From: the human T2T-CHM13v2.0 reference genome, Homo sapiens
Assembly (NCBI RefSeq): GCF_009914755.1
Contig: NC_060927.1
Length of the DNA: 64,000 nucleotides
Strand: one strand, 5' to 3'
Below, one piece after another: positions 57,534-64,000 of this stretch. The position numbers were made by a program, and so were the translations under genes. The notes below the pieces were generated by a model, which saw only the letters and a program-made list of their open reading frames with translations, ran no database searches and was not told where the DNA came from. How positions within the stretch are numbered: the stretch's first letter is position 1; the number at the start of each line of letters is the position of its first letter.

Positions 57534-57857
57534 TGTTTTTTTTGTTTGTTTTTTTGTTTTTTTTTTGTTTTTTTTGAGATGGAGTCTTGCTCTGTCACCC
57601 AGGCTGGAGTGCAATGGTGCTATCTGGGCTCACTGCAGCCTCCCTCTCCAAGGCTCAAGCAGTTGTCCTCCCTCAGCCTCCCAAGTAGTTAGAAATACAG
57701 GCATGTGCCACCACGCCTGTCTAATTTTTGTATTTTTAGTAGAGGCGAGGTTTCACCATGTTGGCCAGGCTGGTCTTGAACTCCTGACCTCAAGTAATCC
57801 GCCCACATCAGCCTCCCAAAGTGCTGGGATTACAGATGTGAGCCATCGCGCCCGGCC
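57534..57857 (-). mobile_element. AluS abutting the L1PA fragment
   Basis: Alu consensus with T-rich tail. Confidence 0.92.
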
Positions 57858-60800
57858 TTATCTGTTCTTTAGTTGGACAACCAGAGCCACTTTCATGATG
57901 GCTAAAATTTGAATATGATTTTATGAGAATTGGCATGCATTCTTTTTAAACTTTAGCGACTTGGAATGCTTTATTATAATCTAAGCACATAAATGGGGTG
58001 TGGAAAATGGTCGATGAGTCTCTGGACTTAACCTTTCTCAAGAAGTCTGGAAAGTACTGTTTGAAGCAGGAAAGTGGTATGAAGAAAGAAGGTATACCAT
58101 GCATCAGTTACTGGGTAACAAAGCTTTGTTCTGTGCTTTCTTGCCTTTTAAACCTAGGCCGATGGTTTAGCCTGCTGATGACAAACAATATTAAATTTTA
58201 AGATTTCCATGTTCATTTTTTTCTTTTGATCCTTTCTTTGCTATTTGATTACCATATAGTATGATTTCTGAGGGGATGATTCCCTCAGTTTCGCTTCTCT
58301 GGTGCCTGCTTTGCAGGGTGGTGATGGTGATGGTGATGGTGTGGTGGTGGCAGTTGTGGTGATTCTTTATCTTAAAAATGTGTTGGGAAATGAGTATTTG
58401 CAAGTGTTGTCGAGTCCTTCTCAAAGACTTGTCAAAGGAAAGATGTTTCCTGTAGTTTCAAGTGTCAGTATTTAATGAAATTCAGCTTGAAGACCAATAC
58501 TTAGGATCACAAGTGAACAAAACCTAAAGGCAACTTTCAGAGAGTCAAGAATTTCAGGTCAGTGATCCTGAAGGGCCTTGCAAACCAGTCATCAACTGCT
58601 TTTCTGTAATTCCATTATAAAAGGTAAATATGTGTTTCTCTGATGAGTAGAATGAAAGCAGTGTATATGTAGATAATGGGATTATTACAGTTTGAGTATA
58701 ATTTTGCCCAGTAACATTTTTTGCTCTAAATTTACCATAATCAGTAGAGCTCAGCCTTTTTAGTAAGCAGGCTGATTCACAATTTATTGCTTGATATGTT
58801 CTTCCTCTGTATGTAAAACACTCTTCTCTTTTTTGATAGCCATTTTCTTTATGCTGGTTTTTCTGATGAATCTATATGTTATGTCATTTAAAAAGAAAAA
58901 TTATTGCCACATTTTGCTGTACTAAAGATCAGAAAGCAAAGTGTTACTCTTCACCTTCAGTTTAAATCTTAGAAATGTGGCCTGGTGTTTTTCCCTTTTT
59001 TAAAAAGTCTGCTTTGGAGGTATATTCACTGTAAACGTTATTATTTTAAACTGTTCAGTCTGTAAAAACATTAGGATGACAAGGAATTAAATGCATTAAA
59101 CTGTTAATTTTAGCATTCCCCTCTTAAAGCCTTATACTGACTTGAATTGAGACTCAAACCTGTTTTTTTGATCAGAGTGCTGTCATTCTGATTTGTTTCT
59201 CTAGGGCAGGAGACTATGTTAAGAATTAAGTGGTTTTTCAGGGACACATAAAAGCTTTTAAAAGTATTTTATATTTATTTTAATTACTCCGATAAATTTG
59301 TAGAGAGTGGCGTATATGCTTGTTTCTTTGGGGAGAGACAGACTTTGAGGGAGTTTTGAGGAACAGGAAGTGGTGACCTCCTGAACATGTGTATGTAAAT
59401 ACTGAAATTTCTCTTGCCTCAGCTGTGTTGTTATTGGGAGGTTATGTTTTGTTGAACATGGAGTCCTCATTAATATGCCCCTGTGTTAGACCAAGTGCAG
59501 TTCCACAGAAACCATATTATAGTTCAGCTCATATTTACAAAATAATCCTTCTGGTCTTTGCAGTGGTCCTTTTCCAACACACCTGGGATATTCTTTCATT
59601 GTACTTCTCTGTATGCCTTTGTATATCTATTTGATTTTTTGCCTTACTTGCACGGTAATCACAGTATATCATTACAGAAATGGTCAATTTTTCAACTTTT
59701 AACTCAAACTTTAATACATTATCTATTAGAATGATTATGGATTTTCTACAAATTTGAAATTGTATAAAAACATTTGTCAAATTTATATCAACTCAAATGA
59801 TATATATTATTTATTAATGAATCCATGTTTTTCTTTCAAAGCCACTTATTGAAGTCATATTAGTGATTTTTTAAGTCGTGGTCTTTGGAGTCATAGGACT
59901 GTGGTTCAAGTCCTGTCCCCTCCTAAGAACAATATTAATTTTAATGAAGTTACGTACTAAATAAAATGGAGATTATAAAAGTAAATCCTTCATTTGGATT
60001 TGAGAAGATCAAATAATGCAATTTTGGTGAAGTACTTATTTATACATATATCAGTGTTATATGTGTATAATGTAATATTTTGTGTATCTTATTTTGAAAG
60101 CCAAACATGGAGGCACTCATATAAAATGCAGATATATATGTGTATAAATATGTGTGTGTGTGTATATATATATTATGTATATGCCAATACATAATACCTA
60201 TGTATGTTTTGGCAGTGAGGGAGTAAGTTATATTTGCCAAATAACTTGGTCTCAAGAAACATACAGGTCTCAGTCCTCAACTGTATGAGGTTTTAAAGCA
60301 TTCAGATAGATTCCTCACATTATCTTTTTCTTTCCAAGATTTAAAGCTGTCACAGCAAATTTATTATTAGAGAATAAACTTTTTCAGTCAGCTCTGCAAA
60401 AATGTAGTAACAGCTCTGTAATAATTCCTGCAGCATATTTCCTAAAAGTAAAACTATGAATATCTATTAACTATTTAGAAGGAATTAAAAATCATAATAT
60501 CACAAATTCATGTCAAAACCCAATTCTTTTTGTTTATTTTGAGCTGGAAGGTGGACTTCACTTGTGCAACTCTGAGTGAGCACATTTTTATTAACACTGT
60601 AAACCATTGTTCCCCGGATGTAGTCATCATTTAAGTAGCTGGTCTGTATTATATAAATTTACAGCAGTAGTCACTTGATTCTCATGTTGTCACGATAGTC
60701 TTAAAATAATAGTTTATTTAAAAGAGCAGATAATTTGTTTTTATCACCGGGTAATTCTTCTGTTTTGCTTTTGATTTTATGTAAAATAAAACTTACCCAT

Positions 60801-62128
60801 AAATGATGAAGATAAATACTTCTACAGACTGTTTAGAAAACAAATTTTAATTTAGTATTGTCTTGGGAAGCAAGCTTTCTTTTCTTCTGGAAAGCACAAG
60901 AGGAAACAATTTGAGGTTTTTAATGGAAACTTACATAATTGGTACATTTAGCACATACCTCTTTCTTGCTCTGTTCCTTTAACAGATTAATATCAAATGA
61001 AACAGTTTAAAGGAAAACGTATAGTTTTTTATTTTCTTTACATCTCATCAACTTACGGTAGCTCTTTCAAATGCAGTTCAGCAAGTGGTTAATTCCATCG
61101 GGGAATCTTAGCTTTCATAGCAATTTTCCATGGAATTGGGATTTTTCGTTGTTATTTCCAAAACGTAGTAAAAGTTTTAGAAAATGTTAAAATCAGTATA
61201 TTCTTATAAAGTGCATATGAATTTGCTGCCTTTGTCTTCACATTATACTTGTGCCTAAAAAAGACCTGAAAAAGAATTATTTTTGTGCTGTTTTTGAAGT
61301 TTATATTAAATTTGGGGACATATACTTAGCATATATTATATTTTTCTACGAAGAATACAATATCATACAGTTTTTTGAAATGTATTTAGGAAGCGACTCC
61401 TTTTTATATATTCCATCAAGGCAACCCTTTAAATTTTTTTCCTTTGCCAAGTTTCAACTAAGATTGAGAACAGAATTATCTACAGATAACAGGGTCATGA
61501 ACTCAAAATTCTCATCTACTTGATCCTCTTTTACATTGAACTGTAATAGAGGGCTAATTTCTGAAGTGACTGGGTATGTTTGCTTTGGCCACATAAAGTG
61601 GGCAGATGGAGGCATATAAAAATCTGTGGATCATTCCTCTGAACTCAAGAGAAACTAGCAATATTCTGATAGTTTTATTGGCATTTCCAGTAAGAATATT
61701 TGAAAGCCTCTGTCTGAAATTACAAAGCTTAATTTTTTTGTTTTACAAGATTCCTCAACCTCTACTTTTTACTCTATACTAGTTTCAAATTGGTTTATAA
61801 ATAGAACTTAATGTTTAATGGCTATAATTTTGTTATTGGCAAATATTAAAGTGTTGTTAGCTCTACCTAATCGTGATCAAGCTCTTCTTTCACATTTGTT
61901 TCACTTTAGTTTCTTACCATTTTGGCTATGTACCCAGAATTCTTTAGGTATGCATGAACTGTTTCAGTAATGCTCATCCCCTCTTCTCAATTTAAGTTGA
62001 AAAAGCAATTTTCTCCATTTTTAAAGTACGTTAAACTGGAGCCCAGACTCCCCCCTGTGTAGTGAGTTCATAACTCTCATTAAATTAATCTGCATTTTTA
62101 TTTTTCACATCCCTCTGCCTCCACTCAG

Positions 62129-62656
62129 ACCAACCAGGGTCAAGGAGGGCCAGGGAATTGGGTTCTGGATTCTCAAGACCTTGTAGACTCCAAAGAGATG
62201 GAAAGACTGTGAAGCACAAGAAAGAGAAACCAGAACATCCACTGGAGAACTTGGAAGAGCCAGAACAACATTGTTCATCGAAGAGATCCCTGTCATCCTC
62301 TAGCTCGGGCAAAGGGAGGGACAATCCCCACATTAACAATGAGCAGCATGAAAGGAAACGGTCCACTCAGGAGAGGCCTCGGAGACCTCTGCTTCCCACG
62401 ATCAGTGGTGAAGTGTTTCTGAGCACTGAATGTGATGACTGGGAGACTAAGAATAACCATCAGACTCGAAATTGGGAAAAACAGTCTCGACACCAAGATC
62501 GACTTTCACCCAAGTCCTCACAAAAAGCAGGGCTTCACTGCAAGGAAGTTGTATATGGGAGGGACCATGGGCAAGGTGAGCACAGAAGAAGGAGACACAG
62601 GCCCAGGACTCCTCCATTCTCAGAGAGTGAGGAGCAGCTCCACCTCCATGACGCAG
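62129..62656 (+). CDS. CCDC50: CCDC50 exon 6, 528-nt alternatively spliced cassette (176 aa, long isoform only)
   Basis: ccctctgcctccactcag acceptor, CAG|GTAATG donor, length divisible by 3, phase 1-1; overlaps ORF 62158..62973. Confidence 0.94.
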
Positions 62657-64000
62657 GTAATGGAGGACAGTCTCGATGGAAGTCCTGGTATCATGTATAT
62701 AACTACAAACCGATGAATTTAATAAGTACCTTAAGCAACCTTTCTTTCTCTCCAGTTCATGCTCATGACTTTGAAATAAATCCTAGAGCAACATATTATA
62801 AAAGGTATACACTTAATCTCAGGTCTGTAAGAAGAAGGAAAATATTTGTAACTTTTCCCTTCTGTGAGAATGCACTGATTTCTTGGAGAGTTATTCCATG
62901 CCCAGGTTGTATTAGAGGTACCCATTCCAGATATAGTTCTTCATTTACCGAGACTGTGTATCAGAGATTCTGATACCAAATCAAAACTCCTGAATTTCTG
63001 GTTTTACTTCAGTGAACCCAGAAGAGCTGATGAGCCTGTCTTGATAGTGTTTGTCTAACTAAAAGGCCGATAGAGCCGGAAATACTGTATTTTTTAGACC
63101 TCATCTTTCTCATTTGTAAAATGAGGAGTTGGATAGGCAGTCTTTTAAGAAAGTATTTTTCAAATAATATGCCTCAGTTCATTTTCATCAGAATCACCTG
63201 TTAACTAACAATGGAAATGTCTGGGTTTCACATGTATTATCATCTCTGGAGTGAGGCCTGGCAGTTTGGACATGTTTTAGACCTGGAGGTGGATTCTTAG
63301 GAACTTAAAAGTTTAAAGTCATTGCATTAAGTTACTTTTTATGCTGTAACTTTCTCCAGCTCTAACTCTACAGTTGGTGTTCTAAAGTACCAATACAGGT
63401 AAGTTCTTGGTACCTATATAAGAATGAGGTAAATATTATAGATAAACCTCAAATTTCTGGCACCCCTGAGGCTTAACTCTGAAGTCCATCATTGACGCAG
63501 TAATGGCTCTATTTTCTATAAACTGCTGAGGTGATGTTTTCCATGTGTCTGTAACACTAGGAATCATAGTACCAAGGAGCCAGTCAAGCTCTATCTGTGG
63601 TCAGAGAACTTGTTTCTAGGTTGCGGATTCAGGTTAAGTTGGTTTTTCCTGTCATGTTATTTCTTATTGAAGGACTTGGTTATGCAGAAAATTAAAATTT
63701 AGTTCCAGAAGCCATTCTGAGTAGCTGCCACAAATATCCTTGTCTTAGGCTTTGTGCTTGGATTTCAGCCAGAAAGATGGCTTTGTAAACAATTCCAAAC
63801 TAGATCCACTTTGTTAGGAAGACATAAAGAGCTGCGGAAAAATAGAGGAAAGTGTGATATAATCTGTCTTGAGTAGGTTTATGAGGAGGTTACACCCCTA
63901 GCATTTTGAGGTTTACAAGTTCCAAAGGTGTGGGGGCAGTATGGAGGAAGAATGATGTACACTGACCTCTACGTTTCTGCTTCTGTGAATCTGACTTTCA

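Noticed and set aside
59880-59925. tRNA-like B-box (ggttcaagtcc)
   Set aside because: 5' region of a MIR SINE; no cloverleaf

Overview
Human (primate) genomic DNA from the CCDC50/UTS2B locus (3q28), not microbial. The + strand carries the CpG-island promoter and coding exons 1-6 of CCDC50 (Ymer/DFNA44). The six exons splice by GT-AG rules into one continuous frame (49+63+127+91+118+528 nt, MAEVSIDQSK...LHLHDA). The 528-nt exon 6 is the cassette that separates the long and short isoforms. On the - strand, splice sites support three non-coding 5' exons matching my recollection of UTS2B. These overlap CCDC50 exon 1 head-to-head; one is LTR-derived and another probably is. The first 23 kb is a dense, nested pile of Alu, LTR, L2 and DNA-transposon remnants, including an intact solo LTR12 pointing into UTS2B. 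The most unusual items are: (1) a ~260-320 bp inverted duplication in CCDC50 intron 4 that I cannot assign to a transposon family, able to form a long pre-mRNA hairpin and containing a cryptic acceptor; (2) the LTR12 promoter/exon cassette for UTS2B; (3) four periodic MIU-like helices, about one per exon; (4) a tailless Alu that retains its TSD; (5) a 105-codon open read-through into intron 6. Repeat subfamily names were assigned by eye and need RepeatMasker confirmation. I found no evidence for a wholly new multi-gene system.
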